Source: Thermotogota bacterium
GTDB lineage: Bacteria > Thermotogota > Thermotogae > MWEM01
Length of the DNA stretch: 64,000 nt
NCBI GenBank assembly: GCA_036743375.1
Contig: DAINPP010000009.1
Coordinates: forward strand, 1,030-65,029
Direction of reading: 5' to 3'
The notes below the pieces were generated by a model that was not told the origin of the DNA, did not search any database, and was given only the letters and a program-made list of their open reading frames with translations. The position numbers were made by a program, and so were the translations under genes. Positions 17,561 through 26,387 of the stretch are shown here, piece by piece; position 1 is the first letter of the stretch, and the number at the start of each line of letters is the position of its first letter.

Positions 17561-18280
17561 TTAGGCTTCTCCGCCCGGATTTTTGAATTTATAACCTTTT
17601 CCCCTTACCGTCATGATATACTGCGGATTTGAAGGATCTTCCTCAATCTTTGTCCTGAGTCTTCTGATATGTACGTCAACCGTTCTTGTGTCTCCGTAAT
17701 AATCATAGCCCCAGAGGGTATCGAGCAGAACATCCCTGCTGAAGACCTTTCCCTCATTCTCGGCGAGGAATCTGAGCAGTTCAAATTCGAGCGGTGTAAG
17801 GTTCTTTGCATCTCCCCTTACGAGAATCTCGTATCTTTCGAGATCGATCTCAAGATCCTTTACGGCAATTCGCTTCGGTTTCTCCGCCTTCTGTTCAAGG
17901 GATCTCTGAATTCTTCTGAATATCGCCTTGATTCTAACGAGAACTTCCCTTACACTGAATGGCTTGGTGATGTAGTCATCGGCTCCGAGTTCAAGTCCGA
18001 GAATCTTATCAAATTCATCGGTCTTTGCCGTGATGAAAATGATCGGCTTGTTCTGGTGCTTTTCATGCGCTCTGAGTTTTCTGGTAAGGTCAAACCCGTC
18101 AACATCCGGGAGCATAACGTCAACTATGAATAAATCGATATCTTCGTCATTGTCAGCAAGTTCCATTGTTTCTTCAGCGTTATAGGCTTTCAAAACTTCA
18201 TAGCCATCTTTCTTGAGATTATAGCTCAGAAGCTCAACGATAGAAGGCTCATCGTCAACAACCAAAATTTTTCTTTTCAT
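17561..18280 (-). CDS. drrA: OmpR/PhoB family response regulator, DrrA-like
   Basis: REC (ILVVDD, DVMLP, KPF) plus winged helix (LTPLEFELL, RTVDVHIRRLRTKIE, TVRGKGY). Strongly resembles Thermotoga DrrA as recalled. Confidence 0.88.
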   Translation of the reverse strand: MKRKILVVDDEPSIVELLSYNLKKDGYEVLKAYNAEETMELADNDEDIDLFIVDVMLPDVDGFDLTRKLRAHEKHQNKPIIFITAKTDEFDKILGLELGADDYITKPFSVREVLVRIKAIFRRIQRSLEQKAEKPKRIAVKDLEIDLERYEILVRGDAKNLTPLEFELLRFLAENEGKVFSRDVLLDTLWGYDYYGDTRTVDVHIRRLRTKIEEDPSNPQYIMTVRGKGYKFKNPGGEA

Positions 18281-18618
18281 TTTTTTCAGCTCCTTGTATT
18301 TTCGTTTAAAGATTATCTATCTTTTTATCCACCCAACTTATTTTAACATAATTACGAATTAATTTCAAGTTTTATCGAACAAACAAAAAATCATTTACAG
18401 TTAACATTACCTATGGCAGAACATAAATTCATTCCTCCTTTATTTATGCCTATTATATAATCAGACGTATTTTCTCACAATACAATTGTACTTCAGTTAT
18501 TCAACAAATAAATGAAATTCTGATCTTTTTCCAATTGTGAACCTTAACAAATTTTCGTAAAATAACAATTCATGCTATGATAAAATGATTAAGAAAAATC
18601 ACGATAGAAGAGGTAGAA

Positions 18619-21195
18619 ATGGACAGTATATACATAGAACAGAACTGCGGAGAAGCGGAATACAAGATACTGATAAACGGAAAGTACCAGATGCTGCAGC
18701 CGGAAAGCGGTGAAAGCTTACTGGGAAAACTGGCTCCTTTTACGTTTAATCCCGTGCAGCAGGCTTTCAGGGCGTATTACAAGGGAGGAAATGCAGTAAT
18801 AGCAACCCCGACGGGAACGGGAAAAACAGTGGTTTCCTTTATTGCCATGCTCGATCATGAGAACCCGGAAAGGATCGTAAAACCAACGATTTACCTTTCA
18901 CCCACAAGGGCCCTGGCGAGGCAGGTCTATCAGGAGTTGAAGGATACCGATCTCAAGGTATTTCTGAGAACGGGTGAAAAAAAGATGGATGTCAAGGAAA
19001 ATTTTGATATTGTCGTGGCCACTCCCGAAGCCTTTCTCGCCTCGAGACATTCATCGGCCGAATGGATAAAACGGGCAAAACTTGTCATCGTAGATGAAGC
19101 TCATATGCTCGTACAGGATTCGAGGGGTATCGTCTATGAAGAATCCATCGTTCATGCACTTGGAGATGAAAAGACACTCATTCTTCTTTCCGCCACGATG
19201 CCGGATGCCCTTGAAATGGCAAATTGGACGAAAGCTGAACTGCTGATAGAGAGTAACTGGAGGCCACTCCCGCTGGAAAGAAAATTCGTCAGATATTCGG
19301 CTCCGACACGAAAGAACAGAAAAAAGGTGGCTACGGCGATCTACAATGATTTCCTTGAACATAATATCCAGAATCATACTAAAACGATGATCATTATCCC
19401 CTCAAAAAAAAGCGGCTGGTATCTGCTTGAAGCCTTTGAGGAGATGGGATTTCCCGTGTTAAACGAAACCGTTCCCTACATCAAGAGGACTGATATCGCC
19501 AATGCAATTGCAGCCTTCCACAACGCGGATATCCCCATCGATGAACGGCATGAGATCGAAAAGCGGTTCAAGGATCAGAATGACCCGTTAACGGTCCTGG
19601 TCTCTACCCAGACACTGGCCTACGGGTTTAACTCACCGACGGACGACATACTGATCTTTGTCAAATACTCGGCCTATAACGATGACAATCTCTGGCCTAC
19701 CTTCCTTGATCTTCTTCAGTTTGAAGGCCGGGCTGGCCGAAAGGGACACACTACGAGAGGATACGGTCAGGTCCTGTATTCAACAGGTGCACGGGCCGGT
19801 AAAACTCAGGAAATCCTGGAGGAAAAACTCAGAAAGGGACTGGATGATGTGCTTGAGACCGCGCTTGACAAATCTTTCACCCGTGTCTCACAGGGATACC
19901 TGAACAATTTCAGCAGCGGCGTTACGAGAGAGCTCGGGGATGTTGAACTGGCAACACTCGGAATCATGTCGGTGGAACCCGTCAGAATAATGGACATCCA
20001 TTATAAGGACAGAAGCAAGAAAAAAGTCCTCGACAGGGCGCACAAGCGGCTCGTTGAAATCGGCATGCTGGATGAAGAATATGCCATCTCATCACTTGGG
20101 CAGCTCACCGCCTCCTATATGCTCAACCCCGAAAAAGTCAATCAGTTCGCCTCGGTCATCCCGAAGACGAATGACGGTGAACCGGATGATCAGGCCTATT
20201 CCTTCTGGGAAAAATACAATTCGACGGCGTTACTGATCCCAACTTACGGTTCTATCCCGCCGCATTATCCGCCATTCATCCCCATTTTTCCCGGACTCTG
20301 GAACGTGGCAACGATCACGGGTAACTTCCCCGATACGGGCATCCTGCAATACGGTTTAAGCACCCTGACGACAAGAATCGGCGCCGGATTTAAAAAAGAC
20401 ACACCGGTCGCCATGAGGCAGAGACCTCCCGCATGGACGGCATCCATCTCTAACGAGCTGCAGCTCGTCATGAGTTTCATCAAACGCGGAGCGTACAAGG
20501 GATTCTGGCCGGATATGACGGATAATGAATATCAGCGTATCGTCCGTTCCCTGTCATACGGTGTTCATCCGTATTATTCGCTGCTGACCGAGATCACCAA
20601 CATTGGAAGCATCAGGGCAAACATGCTCGCCTTCGTCGCCATGAATGCCGGAATACAGTCCGATGTCGATCTCGTTTACAGAATTCTTTCCGATGAAAAG
20701 GCCATACTCGATGTCTGGCCTCAGACTCAGCAGTTCCTACAGAGCTGGTACGCCCTTCAGGCAAAATGGATACACGATGAACTGGAGATTGAAGGGAATA
20801 TCTCTATCTCTGAAATCATCAACACGGATTATCAGACCTTCCAGGAAGCCGTGTACCTCGTACAGAAAGAGGCCGAAGAGAAGGGGAAGACCTTTTACGG
20901 TGTCAAGACACTCGATTTCATAGAAAATCCAATGCAGAACGTCGTAACGGAATTCAAGGCAAAATATCCGGAAGCCCTGCTCTTCATCAAACCATCCGAT
21001 GATCAGCAGAAGGCAAAGGATATGCTTTACAGCGATTCCATCACCCTCGTTGCAACGGATTCCAACGGGAACGGCCTTGGAAAGGCAAAGGTTTACAAGC
21101 CTGGAAGACTTCCGCCAAAGGTCATACTGGAATACATTCCGCACGCCGAACCTTTCCTCGCAAGTGATACGAGAAAGTTCATCTGGGTGGATTGA
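18619..21195 (+). CDS. Ski2-like SF2 helicase (Hel308/Hjm-like)
   Basis: Q motif FNPVQ, Walker A TPTGTGKT, SPTRALARQ, DEAH, LSAT, FHNA, STQTLAYG, QFEGRAGRKG, and HhH-like SYGVHPYYSLLTEITNIGSIRANML. Confidence 0.88.
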   Translation: MDSIYIEQNCGEAEYKILINGKYQMLQPESGESLLGKLAPFTFNPVQQAFRAYYKGGNAVIATPTGTGKTVVSFIAMLDHENPERIVKPTIYLSPTRALARQVYQELKDTDLKVFLRTGEKKMDVKENFDIVVATPEAFLASRHSSAEWIKRAKLVIVDEAHMLVQDSRGIVYEESIVHALGDEKTLILLSATMPDALEMANWTKAELLIESNWRPLPLERKFVRYSAPTRKNRKKVATAIYNDFLEHNIQNHTKTMIIIPSKKSGWYLLEAFEEMGFPVLNETVPYIKRTDIANAIAAFHNADIPIDERHEIEKRFKDQNDPLTVLVSTQTLAYGFNSPTDDILIFVKYSAYNDDNLWPTFLDLLQFEGRAGRKGHTTRGYGQVLYSTGARAGKTQEILEEKLRKGLDDVLETALDKSFTRVSQGYLNNFSSGVTRELGDVELATLGIMSVEPVRIMDIHYKDRSKKKVLDRAHKRLVEIGMLDEEYAISSLGQLTASYMLNPEKVNQFASVIPKTNDGEPDDQAYSFWEKYNSTALLIPTYGSIPPHYPPFIPIFPGLWNVATITGNFPDTGILQYGLSTLTTRIGAGFKKDTPVAMRQRPPAWTASISNELQLVMSFIKRGAYKGFWPDMTDNEYQRIVRSLSYGVHPYYSLLTEITNIGSIRANMLAFVAMNAGIQSDVDLVYRILSDEKAILDVWPQTQQFLQSWYALQAKWIHDELEIEGNISISEIINTDYQTFQEAVYLVQKEAEEKGKTFYGVKTLDFIENPMQNVVTEFKAKYPEALLFIKPSDDQQKAKDMLYSDSITLVATDSNGNGLGKAKVYKPGRLPPKVILEYIPHAEPFLASDTRKFIWVD

Positions 21196-21217
21196 TCGTT
21201 GAAGAATGTTTTTTCAA

Positions 21218-21253
21218 AAAAAATCTCCCTATTTTAAAACAGGGAGATTTTTT
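21218..21253. terminator. Bidirectional terminator
   Basis: AAAAAATCTCCCT...AGGGAGATTTTTT between the convergent helicase and satP genes. Confidence 0.8.
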
Positions 21254-21265
21254 ATTCCTCAGTGC

Positions 21266-21862
21266 TTATCTTTTCACGGGGAAAATGGGTAACACAGGTT
21301 TCTCGTAAATCTCGTTCAGGACCTCAGCCATGGAAAGGTACATTGCCGAAGAACCGCAGAATATTCCCACCACACCGGCAAGGACTTTTGAGGTACCTGT
21401 AAAATCCGCTATGCTGAGTAGGAAAAACAGTACGGCCAGTGAAGCAAAGACAAACTGCTGTACTCTATTTGTCCTGAGCGTTCCAAAGAACATAAAGAGT
21501 GTAAAGATTCCCCAGAGAAGTAAGTAAAAACCCATAGAAACTTCCGTTGGTGCGGCTACGGCAAGATCCGTCTTCGGAAGCAGCCAGATGGTAACGAGCG
21601 AAAGCCAGAAGAACCCGTAGGATGTAAAGGCAACTTTTCCAAAGGTGTTTCCCTTTTTCCATTCCATGATCCCGGCAACGACCTGTGCCAGTCCGCCGAC
21701 GAAGATCCCCATCGCCATGATGGCACTGTCAAGTCCGAAGAGACCTGCGTTGTGAAGATTGAGCAGTATGGTTGTCATACCGAATCCGAGCAGACCAAGC
21801 GGTGCGGGATTTGATGTGGTGTCCTTATGTAGAACGACTTGATGCTGAACATTTTTGTCCAT
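21266..21862 (-). CDS. satP: Acetate uptake transporter (GPR1/FUN34/YaaH family)
   Basis: NPAPLGLLGFGMTTILLNLHN, GGLAQ, NTFG..AF.SYG.FW signatures. Confidence 0.93.
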   Translation of the reverse strand: MDKNVQHQVVLHKDTTSNPAPLGLLGFGMTTILLNLHNAGLFGLDSAIMAMGIFVGGLAQVVAGIMEWKKGNTFGKVAFTSYGFFWLSLVTIWLLPKTDLAVAAPTEVSMGFYLLLWGIFTLFMFFGTLRTNRVQQFVFASLAVLFFLLSIADFTGTSKVLAGVVGIFCGSSAMYLSMAEVLNEIYEKPVLPIFPVKR

Positions 21863-22099
21863 GTAAATTCCTCCTGAAAATTATTTATATCGTGATACTC
21901 CGCTTAATATTGGTATTTCAGGGCATTAAAGCCGAGGTATTCTATCATAATGACGTTAAAGAATACAATTAAAAACATGTACCGAAAATGATTCGGAACT
22001 CATAAAACCACCGGATGATTAAAATTAAATGATTAGTGATATAATCAGTCTTGTTTATTCAAGTACTTCTGTTTCCTTATTTATAAACGGGGTGATTCG

Positions 22100-22927
22100 A
22101 TGAAAGATTTGATCAGATTATCTGATTTATCCCGCCGGGATATAGACCATATCTTCAAGATGGCAGATAGGATAGACAGCTTCAGGGATAGTTTGAAAGG
22201 AAAAACAATTGTCATGTTTTTCCCCGAAAGCAGTATACGAACGAGGGTAACTTTTGAGGCTGGAATTCACATACTTGGCGCTCAGGGAATTCTGTTTCCA
22301 AGCACCACGTTAGATAAGAAGGAAGCCCTGAAAGATGTTACCGGTTATCTAAATAACTGGTCGGACTGCCTGATCATCAGGCACAGGGACATCGATCTGA
22401 TCCGGGAAATTGCAGCGTACAGTAAAGGTCCCGTCATTAACGCCATGACTTCTGCCAATCATCCCTGTGAGATTCTGTCTGATCTGTATTCCCTGTCAAA
22501 AATCCGGAAAAATTATCTGAAGGATACCTATCTGTTCGTAGGGGCTGACGGCAATATCGGCGAATCGTGGAAAAGTGCCTCTGAAATCCTGAATCTTGAT
22601 CTGGTTCAAGCCTGCCCAGAAGGCTTCGAGATCGAGGGTCTGACTGTGATAAACGATATAAAAAGCGCGGTAAAGGCAAAAGATATCGTTCTTACCGATT
22701 CGGTCCCATCAGATTATTCAGCCGCTTTTAAACCTTTTCAGATAACAAAAGACATCATGCGACTCGCAAACGATGGGGCAATTTTAAACCCGTGTCCGCC
22801 ATTCACGAGAGGGGCAGAGGTCTCCCAGGATGTCATCGCAAGTGATTTTTTTGCAGGCTATTCATTTAAAAGGCATTTATTAAGCGTTCAGCAGGCCATC
22901 ATTCTCTACATGATGGGCATTAAATAA
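22100..22927 (+). CDS. Atypical transcarbamylase (OTCase/ATCase superfamily)
   Basis: SIRTR (SxRT carbamoyl-phosphate motif), IIRH, VINA, HPCE for HPxQ, PCPP for HCLP; no SMG loop. Confidence 0.75.
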   Translation: MKDLIRLSDLSRRDIDHIFKMADRIDSFRDSLKGKTIVMFFPESSIRTRVTFEAGIHILGAQGILFPSTTLDKKEALKDVTGYLNNWSDCLIIRHRDIDLIREIAAYSKGPVINAMTSANHPCEILSDLYSLSKIRKNYLKDTYLFVGADGNIGESWKSASEILNLDLVQACPEGFEIEGLTVINDIKSAVKAKDIVLTDSVPSDYSAAFKPFQITKDIMRLANDGAILNPCPPFTRGAEVSQDVIASDFFAGYSFKRHLLSVQQAIILYMMGIK

Positions 22928-22951
22928 AAAACAAAGAGGGGAGGGATTCAT

Positions 22952-24337
22952 TTGAGAGTGGTTAAATTTGGCGGATCAAACCTTAAGAAGAGAGACGATA
23001 TCTCCAAACTGGTTAAGGTCATCCATGAATATGAAAAACCGCTTATCGTAGTTATCTCAGCATTATACGGTGTGACAAATACAATAATCTCGACAGTTGA
23101 GCAGGCGCATAAGAATTTTGATTCTATAGAGCTTCTGAAAGATCAGCTTTACAAGGCTCATCGGGATATGTTATCGGACTATCTGTCTGATGAAATGGAA
23201 AAACAAACGGCATTTGAAGAATTGGAGAGGCGAATCGACGAGATGAAAAGATTCCTCCTTGGTATCCATTATATAGGAGAGGCGCCTGATTTCGTCCGTG
23301 ATACGGTTCTCAGCTACGGGGAAAGACTTTCGGCCTTTACCCTTTCGATCATCCTGAAAAAACTCGGTATTGATGCCCAGGAGGCAACGCCTGAAGCGAT
23401 GGGGCTGATAACGGATGGAGAATTCGGAAATGCGACGGTCAATTTCGAAAAGAGTTCCAAACAGGTCGCCGATTATTTCAGCGAAGAAAAGGTGTATATC
23501 GTCCCGGGTTTTTACGGGATCTCGGAAGCCGGCAAGGTGAATCTCTTCGGAAGAGGGGGCAGCGATTATTCAGCCGCCGCGATAGCCGGTTGCGTCCATG
23601 CCCAGTCCCTGGATCTCTGGAAAGACGTTGAAGGCTTTTTGAGTGCCGATCCAAGGGTTGTGGAGGATGCCTGGAGTATCAAAAAGATGTCCTACCTTGA
23701 AGCAGCCGAACTATCGTATTTTGGGGCAAAGATCATTCATCCGAGGGCCTTTGAACCGCTTATGGAAAAAGATATCCCGCTTAACTTATTCAATATCGAC
23801 GGTAAGCTTGATGAGATCAAACCGGTTACCGTTATTACGTCAAATTCGATCAGGACAAAATATGTGGTAAAAAGTGTTTCACACACCGATAATTTTGGAA
23901 TTCTTAAATTAAAGGGGCCGGGAGTCGGTGTTAAACCGGGTATTCTGGCAGATGCCACAAATGCCTTGAAACGCGAAGGAATAAACATCAAATCCGTTCT
24001 GACCTCACAGACGATCATCAGCATACTGCTTTCTTCGGATGACCTGTACAGGGCGTACACCCTGATGAAGCATTTAAGAATCATGGGGGTGGAGGACATC
24101 AACCTTGTCGATGACGTCTCTCTGATCGCGATCGTCGGTGATGGGATCAACGAAACACCGGGTATCGCCGCAAAACTCTTTAATGCCCTTTCACGTGAAA
24201 ATATCAACGTCAACATGGTTTCTATCGGCATTTCTGAAGTGGCAAGCTATTTCATCGTCACAGCATCCGAAAGAGACCGTGCGGTAAAATCAATTCACAA
24301 GGAGTTCTTCAATGAAAACAGTAAGCGAAATAAATAA
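22952..24337 (+). CDS. Aspartate kinase with two ACT domains
   Basis: VVKFGGS, LSYGERLSA, VPGFYG, GRGGSDYSAA, WKDVEGFLSADPR, EAAELSYFGAKIIHP, then C-terminal ACT repeats. Confidence 0.95.
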   Translation: MRVVKFGGSNLKKRDDISKLVKVIHEYEKPLIVVISALYGVTNTIISTVEQAHKNFDSIELLKDQLYKAHRDMLSDYLSDEMEKQTAFEELERRIDEMKRFLLGIHYIGEAPDFVRDTVLSYGERLSAFTLSIILKKLGIDAQEATPEAMGLITDGEFGNATVNFEKSSKQVADYFSEEKVYIVPGFYGISEAGKVNLFGRGGSDYSAAAIAGCVHAQSLDLWKDVEGFLSADPRVVEDAWSIKKMSYLEAAELSYFGAKIIHPRAFEPLMEKDIPLNLFNIDGKLDEIKPVTVITSNSIRTKYVVKSVSHTDNFGILKLKGPGVGVKPGILADATNALKREGINIKSVLTSQTIISILLSSDDLYRAYTLMKHLRIMGVEDINLVDDVSLIAIVGDGINETPGIAAKLFNALSRENINVNMVSIGISEVASYFIVTASERDRAVKSIHKEFFNENSKRNK

Positions 24338-25442
24338 GAAGATAAAGGAAGGCAAGGCGGTTGTTTTAACGGCAACGGAAGCAAAGCTTCTCGCGGAGGA
24401 GGAAGGGATCAGGACACTTGAGGAAAAGGTAGATGTTGTCACAACGGCTACGTTTTCACCGATGTGTTCATCCGGTGTTTTTATCAACCCGGGACATACT
24501 TCACCGCATATGAAGATGCAAAAGGTTACACTCGACGGGGTTGAGGCTTATGGTGGAATTGCAACGGCCGACATTTATCTCGGTGCCACACAGGAAAGTC
24601 GTGAGGATAGCCGGTTTGGCGGAGCACATGTCATCAAGAAACTCATAGACGGTGAATCGGTCGAATTTCAGGCCTTCGGTAAACCGACCGACTGTTATCC
24701 GAAGACGGAATTCAGAAAGAGCATCAAACTCTCAGATCTGAATCAGGCTTATTTCTACAACCCGAGAAACTGCTATCAGAATTATGATACGGCTTATAAT
24801 TCATCCGACAGGGAACTTCGTACCTATATGGGAATCCTGCAACCCAACGGTCAGACGATTCATTATGCCGGTTCCGGAGAAATCTCTCCGCTGATCAACG
24901 ATCCCCTGCTCGAAACGATCGGAGTCGGAACAAAGATATTCTTCTGTGGTGGTGAAGGTTTTGTCAGCTGGGAAGGGACTCAGTTCAATCTGGAAACCGA
25001 AAGGGATCCGAAGACGAATCTTCCGATCGGTCCTTCGGCGACGCTTGCAATAACGGCTGAAATGCGTGGAGTTGATCCAAGGATGATTGCCCCGATATAC
25101 ATTCCCGGCTACGGTGTGAGTATTTATCTCTCGATAGGAATGGCAATCCCCGTTGTCAGTTCCGATATTGCAAAGGCATTGACCATCAGAAATAAGGACA
25201 TTATTACGAATATACACGATTATGCCACCGGTGAAACCATAGGAAAGGTCAACTACGAGGCACTCGTAAAAAACGAAGTCTATGTCGGTGAAAAACACGC
25301 TTCAAGCCGAACCATGTCCAGGATCAAAGAATCTTACCATATCATGGCCCTGCTAAAGGAAAAGGTGATCAACGGGACCTTCATACTGACCGAACCGGTG
25401 ATGAAGCTACCGATCTTCGGAAAATGCACACCGATTGAATAA
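24312..25442 (+). CDS. Homocysteine biosynthesis protein (DUF39; aspartate-semialdehyde sulfurtransferase family), no CBS domains
   Basis: KTVSEINKKIKEGKAVVLTA, VDVVTTATFSPMCSSG (conserved Cys), YGGIATADIYLGAT, NPRNCYQNY, GSGEISPLINDP, GTKIFFCGG. Confidence 0.88.
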   Translation: MKTVSEINKKIKEGKAVVLTATEAKLLAEEEGIRTLEEKVDVVTTATFSPMCSSGVFINPGHTSPHMKMQKVTLDGVEAYGGIATADIYLGATQESREDSRFGGAHVIKKLIDGESVEFQAFGKPTDCYPKTEFRKSIKLSDLNQAYFYNPRNCYQNYDTAYNSSDRELRTYMGILQPNGQTIHYAGSGEISPLINDPLLETIGVGTKIFFCGGEGFVSWEGTQFNLETERDPKTNLPIGPSATLAITAEMRGVDPRMIAPIYIPGYGVSIYLSIGMAIPVVSSDIAKALTIRNKDIITNIHDYATGETIGKVNYEALVKNEVYVGEKHASSRTMSRIKESYHIMALLKEKVINGTFILTEPVMKLPIFGKCTPIE

Positions 25443-25496
25443 AGAGACTTGTTCAACAGGCAAACAATCCATTTTAAAATACTAAAACCGGTCACA

Positions 25497-25540
25497 AACA
25501 GACCAATCTGTTCACAGGATCAGCTTGGTCTGTTCTTTTG
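25497..25540 (+). terminator. Intrinsic terminator
   Basis: AACAGACCAA...TTGGTCTGTT 10-bp stem followed by CTTTTG. Confidence 0.6.
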
Positions 25541-25625
25541 ACTACAGGTGTTGAAACCTATGGTTTTACCGGTAGAATATTAATCATCATCGATGATCGT
25601 AACTATCAAAACAGGGGGGATAACA

Positions 25626-26135
25626 ATGCAACATAGAATCAGAGCGGCCGCTCTCGTCTTTTCTGAAGACAAAAAATCTTTATTACTGATCAAACATGTA
25701 CATCCTGAAACAAGCCGAACCTGGTGGGTGCCTCCCGGTGGCGGCGTGGAAGAAATGGATGACAGCATCTTTCATACCGCTGAAAGGGAAACATTTGAAG
25801 AAGCGGGCATTACGATAAAGACAACCGGAACAATCAGATATATCAGGGAATTTTATGAAGAGACCAGAGACATCTTACACCTTGAATTATTTGTCGATGC
25901 CGAATATATCGGTGGAGAAGCAACCACAGAAAACATCTTTGGAAAAGGGCCGGATGAGCACTTTATCAAAGAAGCCGCATGGCTGACGAGAGAACAGATG
26001 AGAGGACTTCTCATTTTTCCGGAAATCGCCCACGAAGATTTATTCTGGGAAGATAAGAAGGCAAGCGGCCTCTACCTCGAAAAACAGATAGAGAAAAAAC
26101 GGGAAAATGACGGGAGACAAATCCAAGCCATTTGA
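25626..26135 (+). CDS. NUDIX hydrolase
   Basis: Nudix box PGGGVEEMDDSIFHTAERETFEEAGI; ATG 25626 behind GGGGGA. Confidence 0.9.
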   Translation: MQHRIRAAALVFSEDKKSLLLIKHVHPETSRTWWVPPGGGVEEMDDSIFHTAERETFEEAGITIKTTGTIRYIREFYEETRDILHLELFVDAEYIGGEATTENIFGKGPDEHFIKEAAWLTREQMRGLLIFPEIAHEDLFWEDKKASGLYLEKQIEKKRENDGRQIQAI

Positions 26136-26387
26136 AGTTTGTCGTAAAGAAAATCTGACAGGATAATTGAAATCCAAGAATAAGTCAAGACTACGGTTCT
26201 GAACACCTCAGTTACCACGCCAACAATCGGGAAATCCGGGTTGTAAACGATACTGGATCTATTGGATCAGAGAGTGAATGATCTTCTGAACACCCTGAGA
26301 CTTGGAGATATACTTGATTATAAAACGGGTAACAGGAGCTACGAAGAACGATACGAATATCAATTATCCAAAATGAGAATAAAGCGA

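Noticed and set aside
18619-21195. Hachiman (HamAB) or another known multi-gene defence system
   Set aside because: There is no adjacent partner gene; the flanks are drrA and satP, with a terminator and a divergent promoter region.
21863-22099. SAM riboswitch or T-box upstream of the aspartate kinase/homocysteine operon
   Set aside because: The region is AT-rich with no S-box or T-box consensus and no terminator hairpin.
22100-22927. Calling this gene argF or pyrB
   Set aside because: The diagnostic second-substrate motifs do not match either enzyme.
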